Both the position numbers and the translations under genes were made by a program. 64,000 bases of DNA from Octopus bimaculoides (lineage: Eukaryota): positions 22,047,039-22,111,038 of the forward strand of contig NC_068987.1 of NCBI RefSeq assembly GCF_001194135.2. The letters run 5' to 3'. The notes under the pieces were generated by a model. It made no database searches. It was not told where the DNA came from and worked only from the letters and a program-made list of their open reading frames with translations. Shown here piece after piece: positions 50,717-62,554 of this stretch. Within the stretch, counting starts at the first letter, position 1; each line of letters opens with the position of its first letter.

Positions 50717-51613
50717 TATTGAGCCATCCCATAAAAAATACGTTTTTTTTAATTGCATGAATTAAAAGTCAGAAGGGGGACAGGATAAACGACCTGCATC
50801 AACTTGCTATAAAAACATGTAGTAATATTACCTTGTCCTTATTCTTAGTGCAAGTTTTGAAGAGTGCAGTTTGATGTTAACAGTTATTTTTTTTTTAGAG
50901 CATATTTGGCATATTTTGCTTTATGAGTTTAATAAAAGCAACAAGTGTGAGGAATATTAATGCAGTATATGCGAACCGGACAATAAGCTTAAGCCTGTGT
51001 CAACGGTGGTTCCAGAAATTCTGAGCTCGAAACTACAGCCTTGAAGACAAGCCTCATCCTGGAAGATCTGTAGAGCTCGACGAGGACGTCCTGCAAACTC
51101 TTGTAGAACACAATCCCATCGTAACTGTCATGGAATTAGCAGAGAAGCTTGGGTTTGGTCATTCAATCATTCATTGACACCTGCATGTCATCGGAAAATC
51201 ACCATCTTTGGTTTCAAGGCAAAAGGTGTTCTTCCATCAGGATAATGCTCGCCCACATACAGCAAAGATGACATTCCAAAGGCTGGAGCAGTTTGAATTG
51301 GAAACGATGCCACACCCACCATATTTGCCAGGCATTGCCCCATCTGATTATCATTTATTCCGCAGTTTTCAAAATCATCTGGATGGAAAAAATATGAATT
51401 CTGTAGACAAGGTCTGAACAGTACTGGAGGAATATCTTTCGTCACGGACAAGTGAATTTTGGAAGAGGGGCCTTGCAAGTCTATCAGATAGATGGAAGAG
51501 CATTGTAGAAAATGAAGGAAAGTATATTTTAGATTAAAAAAGAACTTTGTTTATCTTAATTTTGAAAAATAAACGGTGTAAAAAAACTGCATTATTTATG
51601 GGATGACCCAATA
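50717..51613 (+). mobile_element. Internally deleted mariner (DD34D family) with TIRs and TA target-site duplication
   Basis: TA at 50715-16 and 51614-15. TIRs TATTGAGCCATCCCATAAAAAAT vs reverse complement TATTGGGTCATCCCATAAATAAT. Fragments EHIWHILLYEFNK, CQRWFQKF*ARNYSLEDKPHPGR, VFFHQDNARPHTA and HPPYLPGIAPSDYHLF. The WVPHEL region and first catalytic Asp are absent. Confidence 0.92.
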
Positions 51614-52990
51614 TATTTGGATCGAATTTTCAGTTGTTTGATTGAAACTAAACAAACAGGTCTGGTTCATTGAATTGGTACGTTAGTGGCTGAGTGTTCC
51701 ACAGACATGTGTTCTATCAGCACCTTTTGTTACCATATTTCCGTTGAAATATGCTGCCTTTGCTTAATTAATTTTGAGAATAATGAAGAATTTATTGAAA
51801 TAACTTTTCTCATTATTATTGAACTGAAATTTTGATGATAGATTTTTAGATCACTATAAAACATGAAGATTGTCTCATGGAATCAGGGGAGCTCACAGGC
51901 AGGTTGGCATCATTTCAGTGGCTTGGTAACCTTCTGTTACCATATTTTTGTTGAAATACACTACCTTTGGACAGAATATTGGAGTGTCAGGAAAAACGCT
52001 CAGCAGCGTTTCTTCGTACTCTTTATGTTCTGAGTTCAAATGCCACCAAGGTTGACTTTGCCTTTCATCCTTTCAGGATTAATAAAATATGTATCAGTTG
52101 AAGGGAATGTGGGGAATATAATTGACTTCCCTAATAATTATCAGCCTTGTGCTAACATTTAAAACCGTTAATTATGGAGAATATCTCACCTATTCAGAAG
52201 GACAGGTGAAACTATTGATAAATTTCTCACCAACAGATTTAACACTTGATGTTGAATTATCTAATTATTGCTAATAATTTGTAAATGTAAGGCAGTGAGG
52301 TGGCAGAATTGTTACCATGTTGGAAAAAGTGCTTAGTGGCATTTTATTACGATTTTATGTTCTGTGTTCAAATTCCACCAAGATCGATTTTTGCCTTTCA
52401 TCCTTTTGGGATTGATAAAATAAGTGCTAGTTAAATGCTGGAGATGATGTAATAATTGATTTACTCCCTCCCCCTGAAATTGCTGACCTTGTGCCAAAAT
52501 TTGAAATCAATAATTCATAAATGTGATAGCACGAGTCGAATGTAAGAAAGGTGCTATATTTGTAGAGTCATCAAAGAATGCCTTCCAACATTTGCTTTGA
52601 TTTTCTGTTTCCTGACTCAACTTTGCCTTTTATCTTTTTGGAGGTCAGTGGTAAAAGGCACCAATCTCAGGTGACAGAAACTGGTGGAACTGTTTAGAAG
52701 GTTGGGAGAGATGCCTCGAAGTATCTGTTTTGGATTTTGTATTCTAATAGCAATACTTGTGGTGATACTAGCACCAAGATGTACCAATCCCCAAATCACA
52801 GACTTTCTTTTGGTGAAACATCAGTAGCATGGAGAGGAGTGAAAGACTTGTATGCTTGGGTAACTAGTCTCCCCCCCCCCTACAAAAAAAATCTGGTCCA
52901 AATTCACACATCTACAGATGCATGGCCAACATTGACCAGCAGCAGCCACATTAATGTAGTAGTAGAAGTAATGTAAGCTACTTACACTAT

Positions 52991-53227
52991 AAGGTGGTGA
53001 GCTGGCAGAAACATTAGCATGCTGGGCAAAATGCTTAGCGGTATTTCATCTGCTGTTACGTTCTGAGTTCAAATTCCGCCAAGGTCGACTTTGCCTTTCA
53101 TCCTTTCGGGGTCAATAAATTAAGTACCAGTTACGTACTGGGGTCAATGTAATCAACTTAATCCCTTTGCCTGTCCTTGTTTGTCCCCTCTATGTTTAGC
53201 CCCTTGTAGGCAATAAAGAAATAAGAA
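52991..53227 (+). mobile_element. Full-length family C SINE
   Basis: AAGGTGGTGAGCTGGCAGAAAC…GTTCAAATTCC…GCCTTTCATCCTTTCGGGGTC…AATAAAGAAATAAGAA. Confidence 0.88.
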
Positions 53228-53309
53228 GCAGTGTAAGCCACTTGTTAAAACCCTTCTAGATGGAGGAGCACTTTGAAGTGTTTGATCAACAGATGGACCC
53301 CCAGTACTT

Positions 53310-53570
53310 ATTTTTTTTAAAGACTGGTACTTACTCTATCAGTCTCTTTTGCTGAACCACTAAGTTATGAGGACGTAAACAAAGTGATACCAGCTGTCAA
53401 GCAGTGGTAGGACACACACACACACACACACACGACAGACTTCTTTCAGTTTCTGTCTACCAAATCCACTTACAAAGTTTTAGTTGGTCTGGGGCTAAAG
53501 TAGAAAATGCTTGTTAAGTGTGCTGTAGAGTAGGACTGAATCCAAGTCCATACAGCCGTGCCTGCACCTA
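53310..53570 (-). mobile_element. Diverged family B SINE
   Basis: Both halves present around a (CA)n tract. Confidence 0.7.
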
Positions 53571-54759
53571 TGATGTCCAGTAAAAGTAGAGGTGTGGTGT
53601 TGTATGATGTCCAAGATTGAGGTATGGTACTATTTGACAGTAAACGTAGACGTGTGTTATTCTATAGCTGTGAGAATACAGGTGCGATGCTATATAATGG
53701 TGAAACACATACAGAGAATTCTGGTGAGGAAAAGCTATAATAAAACCAGGACATTATACAAGAAGAGAAACATAAGACAGTGATTGCAGGTGTTCTGTGA
53801 TGACAGTAAAATCGGATGAGACAGAAGGTAGAGATGTGTGATTAACATTTTATGCGTTAATAAAATCTTTGCAGTGAATGCAGAAGGCATGGATTGACTG
53901 AAGATGAAAGAATGGCAAACATGTTATGTGTGTATAAGAAGCATATTGTTACACTGTCTAACTGTGAAATATGGGCAGTAAAAGCGTTGCTGGTGGATGA
54001 TTAAGTGTGTAAGCACACACTATTCATACCAATTTCAAAGACATCTACAGCACTTTAGCAGTTCTGTAATTCAGTCCATTTTTGTGGATATTTTTCCGGT
54101 GCTATGTTCTCAATTTACAAGACTGTTCAAGATGCAAGTATAGCTGAGTGGTTAAGAAGCTTGCTCCCCAACTGCACAGTTCCAGGTTCAGGTCCTACTA
54201 TGTAGTACCTTGGACTAGTGTTTTCTACTATAACCCCAGCCAACCAAAGCCTTGTGAGTAGATTTGCTAGAGAGAAACTGAAAGAAGCCCATCGTGTGTG
54301 TGTTGCCATTATGTTGTTGTAAATGAGTATCACTATCATACAAGCGGTGTTGTTTGTTTCCAGCCTTCAACGAAAACATGTCTGGCCATGGAAGCAGGTA
54401 AGGGTTGGTGACAGGAAGGGCACCCAGTCTTAGAAAGTCTGCCTCAACATGCAAGTATGGAAAATCAAGATGAACATCAAAATAGTGGTGGTGGTGGTGG
54501 AAGCATTATTGTTGTAGCACTTAATTAAATTTAACTTTTCTCTGCTAATTTTTGTTGTTGCTGTTTTACTTGCTGAATCTGGAGCAAGGGACAGTGCCCA
54601 AGACCTTTGCAGGCCCTTTGAGATCAGTGACTTTGATGGTACTGATGTTCCTCTTAAACTGTTACAGGTCAACACCTGCTTGGAGAAGATCCCAGATGGA
54701 TGATGATGGTGTGTGAAGAAAGGATGTGGCATTGGGGGTTGATGGATGCAGCAAGGGCT

Positions 54760-55166
54760 AAGCTTAAGTTACCTTCTGGAGTCATACTGACTCATAAAGG
54801 CCAGTTTCCGGTAAATTTTCAGATTAACACCCGCACGATCTTCACTAGGGTGTTAGGGTTAGGGTTAGGGACATAATTCCCTAACCCTAACCCTGACCCT
54901 TAAACTCTAATCCTAACACCCTAGTGAAAATCGTGCGGGTGTTAATCTGAAAATTTACCCAGTTTCCTGGTTTTCATGGCATATAAACTCCCCACCTGGA
55001 TGGGACGCTGGTCCATTGCAGGATTACTCATTTTTATCAGCTGAGTGAACTGGAGCAGTGTGAAATGAAGTATTTTGCTCAAGAACACAATGTGTCACCA
55101 TGTGTCCAGGAATCAAAACCACAATCTTACAATCATGAGCCTAACACCCTAGCCACTAAGCCACAC
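54760..55166 (-). mobile_element. tRNA-derived SINE with a V-domain-like 3' part, host of the palindromic MITE
   Basis: Reverse complement: GTGTGGCTTAGTGGCTAGGG head…CCTGCAATGGACCAGCGTCCCATCCAGG (resembles the V-SINE domain as I recall it)…CCAGGAAACTG|GCCTTTATGAG. Confidence 0.65.
54810..54959. mobile_element. 150-bp palindromic MITE, Merlin-like termini, with inverted telomeric repeats
   Basis: 48-bp TIRs with 1 mismatch starting GGTAAATTTTCAG. Exact 8-bp TSD CAGTTTCC (54802-54809, 54960-54967). Centre (TTAGGG)3-ACATAATT-(CCCTAA)n. Confidence 0.85.
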
Positions 55167-55270
55167 ATCTCTGCATGCAGCAAGGGTGATGAGACATGGA
55201 GAGACAAGTAGGACAGAGGTGTCTGAGTGATGGAGGTGTAGGATCAACCAGCTCTGGGGAACAGAGGCCA

Positions 55271-55654
55271 TTAACCTTTTAGCATTTAAACCAACCATAT
55301 CTGGCCTAAATATTCTACTTGTTTAACCCTTTAGCATTCAGTTCAGCTGTAGAACAGAGTACCACTAGTGCAGGTGCATCGCTTAGTCGTTAAGGTGTTG
55401 GATTCACAACCGTAAGATTATGGTTTCGATCCCTAGATCAGGTGATCTGTTGTGTTCTTGGGCAAAACACTTCATTTCGTGTTACTCCAGTCCACTTAGC
55501 TGTAGAAAGGAGTTAATCCTGGAAAGGGATGGGCTCTGCCAAGCTTTCTTGCCCTGGATACACTGCATGACTGCAGCGCCCCAACAACCCCCAAGGGGTT
55601 AAGGGAACTTGTCAATTGTCAACATTTAATAGAATGTAAATGCTAAAGGGTTAA
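55271..55654. mobile_element. piggyBac-like MITE termini enclosing a tRNA-SINE
   Basis: TTAACCTTTTAGCATTTA (55271), a second TTAACCCTTTAGCATT (55323) and TAAATGCTAAAGGGTTAA (ends 55654). SINE-like sequence at ~55370-55600. Confidence 0.55.
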
Positions 55655-56663
55655 AGTAGTGATAGAAAAGACATAGGATACAGGACATTAGTGGACCAGA
55701 GGCTATAGTATGTCCACTCATGATTGAAAGGCATCCATTTGTGTGGCCTTACTGGGTACAGTCCAGAAACGTGTCTCTAATGAAATACAAATGCCTGTAT
55801 GTTTAATTAATTTTCACAATAATCAATAAATTTCTCTTTTGGTGTGTGTGTGTGAGTGGCAGGGTAGAATTTTGTAAAATAATTAATAACTTTGTCATTA
55901 TTTAATTTAGTGTTTGGAATATATTTACATAAAAATTATGATTGAATGTTTTAATTTAATTCAAATATGAATGCTGAAATAAAAACAAACAAAATTTTTA
56001 TGTAATGGCACCAAGGGTAGTCAAAGTTTGGTTGTCACCGATAATGTTACAAGTGTCATCACCATCATTTGATATCTGTTTTCTATACTGGCATGGGTTG
56101 TATGTGGTTGAAAAAAATGTGTATATATGTGTGTGTGGTTTATGCAAAACATTAGGCGTGGGTGGGTGGGTGCTGAAAACAGAACAAATGTAGATTGTTT
56201 GCTTCCCACCAATAACATGGTCCCAGATTCTGTCCCTGTTTGTGGAATCTTGGGCAAGTGTTTTCTGCTTTAACTCCAGGCCAACCAAAACCTTGGGGCT
56301 GGATTTGGTAGATGGAAACTGAAAGAAGCACATGGTATGTGTGTATGTGTGTCTTGACATCATGTGATAGTTGTAAATAATGTCACTTTCATACAAGTAG
56401 TATCATTAATTTTCAATATTCTGCAAAAAACATGTGTAGCTTTGGGGTAATATTACCTTGCTTGGAAACAAGGTGTGGGCTAGTAACTGGAAGGGCATCC
56501 TGCTGTAGTAGTTAATCTGCTTCAACAGATTTCATCTGACCAGTGTAAGCATGGAAAAGTGGATGTTATAATAATAATAATGATGATGACGACAATGATG
56601 ATGTATTAGCAGTATATGTTTACATATGTATAAGTTAATATCTACATGTTTTTAGTTGATTCC

Positions 56664-56677
56664 GTTTCCATGGTAAC
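56664..56677. promoter_or_regulatory. Candidate RFX X-box
   Basis: GTTTCCATGGTAAC is a near-palindromic full match, in a ~150-bp unique island. A GGCAAC half-site lies ~35 bp downstream. Confidence 0.33.
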
Positions 56678-56759
56678 AGTGTGGATGTCTCCCATAAACA
56701 AAACATCTGGCAACTGTTTGATATGTCAAGACATGAAATAAAATTCCCATATCTTTTAT

Positions 56760-57115
56760 CTTTTACTTCCTTCAGGCATTAGACTGTGGCCATGATGGGG
56801 CACTACCTTGAAGAATCTTTAGTTGAATGAATCGACCCGAGTACAGTTTTTTTTTTTAAGCCTGTGACTTATTCTATTTGTTTTCTTTTGCTGAACCGTT
56901 AAGTTATGGAGACATAAAGACACCAACATTGATTGTCAAGCGGTGGTGGGGGACACACACACACACAATAGGCTTCTTTCAGTTTCAGTCTCCCAAATTT
57001 AGTCATAGCTTTGGTTGACTCGAGGCTATAATAGAAAACACTTCCCCAAGGTGCCATGCATTGGGACTGAACCCTGAATCATGTGGTTAGGAAGCAAGTT
57101 TCTTACCTCACAGAT
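56760..57115 (-). mobile_element. Family B SINE, both halves
   Basis: TTTTACTTCCTTCAG…CCATGATGGGGCAC… through …GGGACTGAACCC…CCATGTGGTT-like head. Confidence 0.75.
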
Positions 57116-57864
57116 TTAGTTGGAAAAAAATAAAGAAATAACAAGTCAGGGTTGGCATCAGAGAGAGCATCCCTCTGTTGAATACTGTTTCAAAATGTTT
57201 CAGCCAACCCTTGGTAGCCTAGGGGTGGGTGGATAGGAAATAACATCGCTGATGATGATAATGATGAGGAGAAGGAGGAGGAGGTGGATGATAAGGGTGA
57301 TATGTTGGTGGTGGCTATCATCATTGGCAATCATAATGGCAATGATGATTATGATGATGGTGAAGATGATGATTATAAAGAGAATGATAATGATGTTGAT
57401 GGTGATGAAGGCAGCAATGATATGCAATGTATGAACAAATATATTAATAATTCTCATTAATATCCTTTCCTGCAGACATTATCCAGTATCGTATCTCTGT
57501 AGCAATATCATCAACAAACTTTCAGCCTTCTCCCATTATAAATTTATGTTGTGACTTTGAGAGAGGCCTGTAAGTGGTCAGTGGACATGCTAGACAAGAT
57601 AGACAAACTTCCCTCACAAATCACACGTTGCTCTCTTAAACATGCAGCATTGATTAACAATGTTGTCTGAGATGGATTGTCATGGCTGGAAAAACCTTTG
57701 AATATAAGTTTGTTTAATTATATCAGACTGTGGGCTAAACAACTTCAATGTGTGTATGTATGTATGTATATACATATATGTATATATATATGTTTGCGTG
57801 TATATGTATATATGTTTGTGTGTATGTTTATGTGTGTATGTATATATATATATATTTATTTATT

Positions 57865-58018
57865 TGAGTGGCTGTGTGGTAAGTAGCTTGCTTACCAACC
57901 ATATGGTTCTGGGTTCAGTCCCACTGCGTGACACCTTGGGCAAGTGTCTTCTACTATACCCTCAGGCTGACCAAAGCCTTGTGAGTGGATTTGGTAGACG
58001 GAAACTGAAAGAAGCTCG

Positions 58019-58020
<2 letters not shown>
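57865..58020 (+). mobile_element. Family B SINE 5' half running into (TA)n and an N-gap
   Basis: GAGTGGCTGTGTGGTAAGTAGCTTGC…GAAAGAAGCTCGTC(AT)n. Confidence 0.85.
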
Positions 58021-58049
<29 letters not shown>

Positions 58050-58944
58050 NNNNNNNNNNNNNNNNNNNNNNNNNNNNNNNNNNNNNNNNNNNNNNNNNNN
58101 NNNNNNNNNNNNNNNNNNNNNNNNNNNNNNNNNNNNNNNNNNNNNNNNNNNNNNNNNNNNNNNNNNNNNNNNNNNNNNNNNNNNNNNNNNNNNNNNNNNN
58201 NNNNNNNNNNNNNNNNNNNNNNNNNNNNNNNNNNNNNNNNNNNNNNNNNNNNNNNNNNNNNNNNNNNNNNNNNNNNNNNNNNNNNNNNNNNNNNNNNNNN
58301 NNNNNNNNNNNNNNNNNNNNNNNNNNNNNNNNNNNNNNNNNNNNNNNNNNNNNNNNNNNNNNNNNTATGCATGTGTGTGTGCTCCACTTCTGTATGTGTA
58401 GTGTGTTAGTACTTTTTTTTTTATCTATAGTGAATGTAATCATGTGTGTATGTTTATATGTGTATATATGTATATGTATGTGACTACATGCCTATATATG
58501 TGTTTATATCTGCATTTGTATCAATGTAAATGCACACACATGCATATATACATGCACACACACGCACACACTTGCATACATGTCTGTATTTGCATGTGTG
58601 TATGTGAAGCATGTATATATATGTGTGTGTGTATGTGGTGTGTGTGTCCTTACGTATGAAGCTGCTAATTAGTTGTGATTAATGTGGTATTAATAATTTC
58701 CACTTAACATTCCCTTCTCCCATGAGATATCCCATGCTGTATCTTATTGAGATAACCCCATTATCACACACCAATCCATTTCTGAACAGGACCCTCCTCC
58801 CTCCCTCCCTCACATACTGCAAACAATCATACATGTCCACACATACGCATACACATATACATGCTATCTCTTTCACACACATACACACACACTTTATTTT
58901 ATTTGTGTAAATTTTCTCCTCTCTAATCAATGATTTTCATGATT

Positions 58945-58992
58945 ATTGGGGGTTTGTGATGACAATGATGGTAGTGGTGGTGGTGGTGGTTG

Positions 58993-59030
<38 letters not shown>

Positions 59031-59560
59031 TGTGTGGTGATCATGATGGCTGTGATAATGATATCAATGGTTGTGGTGGATGTAGTATTGGTAGTGGTGG
59101 TTGTAGTAATAATGATGGCAGCAGTGGTGGTTGTGCTGGTGGTGAAAGTAAAGGCAACATTTGTTGCAGTAGTTGTGGTTGTTGTAGCAGTGGTTGTAGT
59201 AATGGTAGTGATGGTTGTATTGGTGGTGTAAATGGTCTTGGAGGTTGTAGTATTGGTGGTAGTTACAATGATGATAGTAATGATTGTGCTAGCAGTAAGA
59301 ATAGTTTTGACAGTAGTAGTGGTGGTGGTGGGGGAGGGACATTGTAATGAATGACAATGACAGCAGTGGTGGTGGTGGTTGTGGTGGTTGTGGTGGTGGT
59401 AGTAGTGGTGATGATGGTGATGAAGGCAGTGGTAGTGGTGGTCACAATGATGGATGGAGGTTGTAGTGGCTGTGGAAGTGGTGGCAGTTGTGATGGTAGC
59501 AATGATGATGATGATGATGATGATGATGATAAGCATTGCTGGTGGTCATGGCTGTGATGA
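58945..59560. repeat. (GGT)/(GAT)/(AGT) degenerate trinucleotide mosaic
   Basis: Directly visible. Confidence 0.88.
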
Positions 59561-60309
59561 CAGAGGGCAGCCATGACAGTTGTGGCAGCAAAGGAGACTT
59601 TTGAAGTAAATCAAAATGAAATGGAACAGGTTAAGGAGCTTCCCCGCCCTTTCTCCTTCTCTCTACTCCCCTCCTCCTCCTCCTACTTCTTCTTTTCCTC
59701 CTCCTCCTCCTCTTTCCTCCTATCTCAAACTGAAAGAAAAAAAACAACAAAACAAAAACAAAACAGTTTAAGTCTTCCCAGAATTCCTTTCAATAGTCAG
59801 GTGAAAAAGTAAAATAAAAGAAAAAAAGAGAAAGAAAAGAAAAATACTTGACTTTGTCTCTTTAAGGCAACGAATGGCGTCACAGTGTCTGAAGCACATA
59901 TATACAATTATTTGGCCTCTTGGCAGGACCAATTTGTGATGTGTTTGCCACAAAAGATCTACAATTGGTTTGAGAAATACATCAAGAATTTCGTTTCTTA
60001 CATCAAAATGGATTTAGTGTAGTATGTCTTGGAAAACTTAGATGAAAACATTAAAGAATTTTTGAATTCATGGGGGGTGGGGCATTTCAAGAGAGGTGCA
60101 GTTGTGGCTCTATAGGCACAGACATGGCAGTGTGGTAAGAAGTTTGCTTCTCAACCACATGGTCTCATGTTTAGTCCAACTACATGGTACCTTGGGCAAG
60201 TGTCTTCTATGATAACCCCAGACTGACCAAAGCCTTGTGAGTGGATATGGAAGACAAAAACTAAAAGAAGCCCGTCATGTACATACATATATATATATAT
60301 ATATAGCAC

Positions 60310-60657
60310 CACTTGAGCATGATTGTTACCAGCGTTGCCTTACTGGCACTTCTGCTGGTGGCATGTGAAAAAAACATTCGAGCGAGGTCGTTGCCAGTGC
60401 CGTTGAACTGGCTCCTGTGCAGGTGGCACGTAAAAGACACCATTAGGAGCGTGGCCATTGCCAGTACCGCCTGACTGGCCCTCGTGCCGGTGGCACGTAA
60501 AAGCACCCACTACACTCTCTGAGTGGTTGGCGTTAGGAAGGGCATCCAGCTGTAGAAACTCTGCCAGATCAGATTGGAGTCTGGTGTAGCCATCTGGCTT
60601 GCCAGTCCTCAGTCAAATCGGCCGACCCATGCTAGCATGGATGATGATGATGATGGT
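60310..60657 (+). mobile_element. RTE 3' UTR with three ~60-70-bp internal tandem units plus tail
   Basis: GGTGGCA(C/T)GT(A/G)AAA occurs three times, the first two followed by TTGCCAGT(A/G)CCG, then the conserved tail and (GAT)n. Confidence 0.82.
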
Positions 60658-61359
60658 ATATATATTTGTATATATATATATCATCATGTTGACCTGTTAA
60701 TCCCTACAGATCTTTTTTCTCTCTCTGTTTTTATTTCATTCTCACTCCTTTCTGTCGAAACACATAAACTCAAAACTTAGAAGGCTTTTCCATTCTTCCT
60801 AAGGGTCAAACTAATGCACCTGCTTGTTGTTCCCTCACCTATCTTCATCTTGTTTTCTGTAAATTGGAACTATATGTATATATGCGCTCGTGTGCACACA
60901 CATACACACACATTTGTATATATCAATGTATGTGCATCATTGTGTTTCTGTTCGCTCCACCGACACACTGCTTGACAGCCAGATGTTGGTTTATTTATTT
61001 ATTTATGTCCTTAAACTTAGTGGTTCTGCAAAAGAAACTGATTGAACCAGTACTTTAAAAAATAAAAAGTACTGGTGCTGATTTGTTTGACTAAAAAAAA
61101 CCCTTTTCAGGGTGGTGCCCCAGCATGACCTGCAGTTCAATGACTGAAGTAAGTAAAAAATAAAAGACAATAAATAAATGCTATGTGAAAATGCTATATC
61201 AATATTCTACAGATCGTAGTGTTACTCTTGTCTAGAATTAGCCCATGGCTATCTTTATTGGTAGCTATTGGAGGCATGTATTAAGAGATATGGCTATGTG
61301 TTAGTTCTATGTGCCTATTACAAAAGTAATGGAGACGGTTTTTTTAAACAACTATATAG

Positions 61360-61740
61360 GCACCGGTGGGGCTGTGTGGTTAAGAAGCTTGCTTACCAAC
61401 CGAATGGTTTTGGGTTCAGTCCCTCTGTACAACACCTTGGGATAGTGTCTTCTACTGTAGCCTCGGGTCAACCAAAGCCTTGTGAGTAGATTTGATAGAT
61501 AGAAACTGAAAGAAGCCTGTCATCTATATATGTTTGTGTTTATGTCTGTGTTTGTCTCCAACTATCACTTGACAACTGGTGTTGGTGTGTTCATGACCCC
61601 ATAATTTAACGGTTCAGCAAAAAGGGATTGATAGAATAAGTACTAGGCTTTAAAAACAAAAAATCAAAGTGCTGGTGTCGATTTGTTTGACTAAAATCTC
61701 CAGCATGGCCACAGTCAAATGACTGAAAGAAGTAAAAGAT
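61360..61740 (+). mobile_element. Family B SINE, full length
   Basis: Both halves present; ends ATGACTGAAAGAAGTAAAAGAT before (AAT)n. Confidence 0.82.
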
Positions 61741-61911
61741 AATAATAATAATAATAATAATAATGGTAATTTATAATAATAACAATAATCTCGTTTATTG
61801 GCTTATGAGGGTCCAAGACATGGAAGATAATATCAAGGGAAGAAACACAACATACAAAACAGGTGGGATTTCATTGATGAAGGGGAGACGACAACATTAA
61901 AGGATATATAT

Positions 61912-62236
61912 CATCATTGTCGTTTAACGTCCGCTTTCCATGCTAGCATGGGTTGGACGATTTGACTGAGGACTGGTGAAACCAGATGGCTGCACCAAGC
62001 TCCAATCTGATTTGGCAGAGTTTCTACAGCTGGATGCCCTTCCTAATGCCAACCACTCAGAGAGTGTAGTGAGTGCTTTTACGTGTCACCCGCACAAAGG
62101 CCAGTCAGGCGGTACTGGCAATGGCCATGCTCAAATGGTGTATTTTATGTGCCACCCGCACAAGAGCCAGTCCAGGGGCACTGGCAACGATCTCGCTCGA
62201 AAATCCTACGAAGGCCAGTCAGGCGGTACTGGCAAC
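61912..62236 (-). mobile_element. RTE 3' UTR with tandem units plus tail
   Basis: Reverse complement closely matches 60310-60657 and 1433-1659. Confidence 0.85.
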
Positions 62237-62554
62237 AGGCGGTATAGAAATTAGAAAAGTGAATATTTAATAAAATAGTATCCCCAATAATGGAGTAGTC
62301 CACTCAATTCAGAGTAAACTTCACATAAAATGTCCCAGATGACTCTGCTGTCCCCAAGGCATGGGAAGTGATGTGTACCTAGATTTGTCCTTTTCTGGAT
62401 ACAGTCTAAGATGTATGTGTGGGGCTGCAGCACCATTCCAGAACTGAAAGCACTATTTCAGTGTTGTCCTCACCTGAGTTTTGTTAAATATCAAAAATTC
62501 TTTGGGAACTGAAGTATCTAAAACCCAAAGATGTTAAGATATTGGTGTGTATAA

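Noticed and set aside
53590-53990. Weak RTE-like motifs (VLFYSCEN, MLYNGET, SNCEIWAV)
   Set aside because: Too decayed to call with confidence without a profile search.
54848-54899. Ancestral telomere-telomere fusion site
   Set aside because: Only a few repeats per side, enclosed by 48-bp TIRs and an exact 8-bp TSD, so a transposon insertion explains it better.
54912-55152. 13-bp identity CCTAACACCCTAG between the MITE arm (54912-54924) and the host SINE head (55140-55152)
   Set aside because: Short, and other copies of similar SINE heads differ here; probably coincidence.
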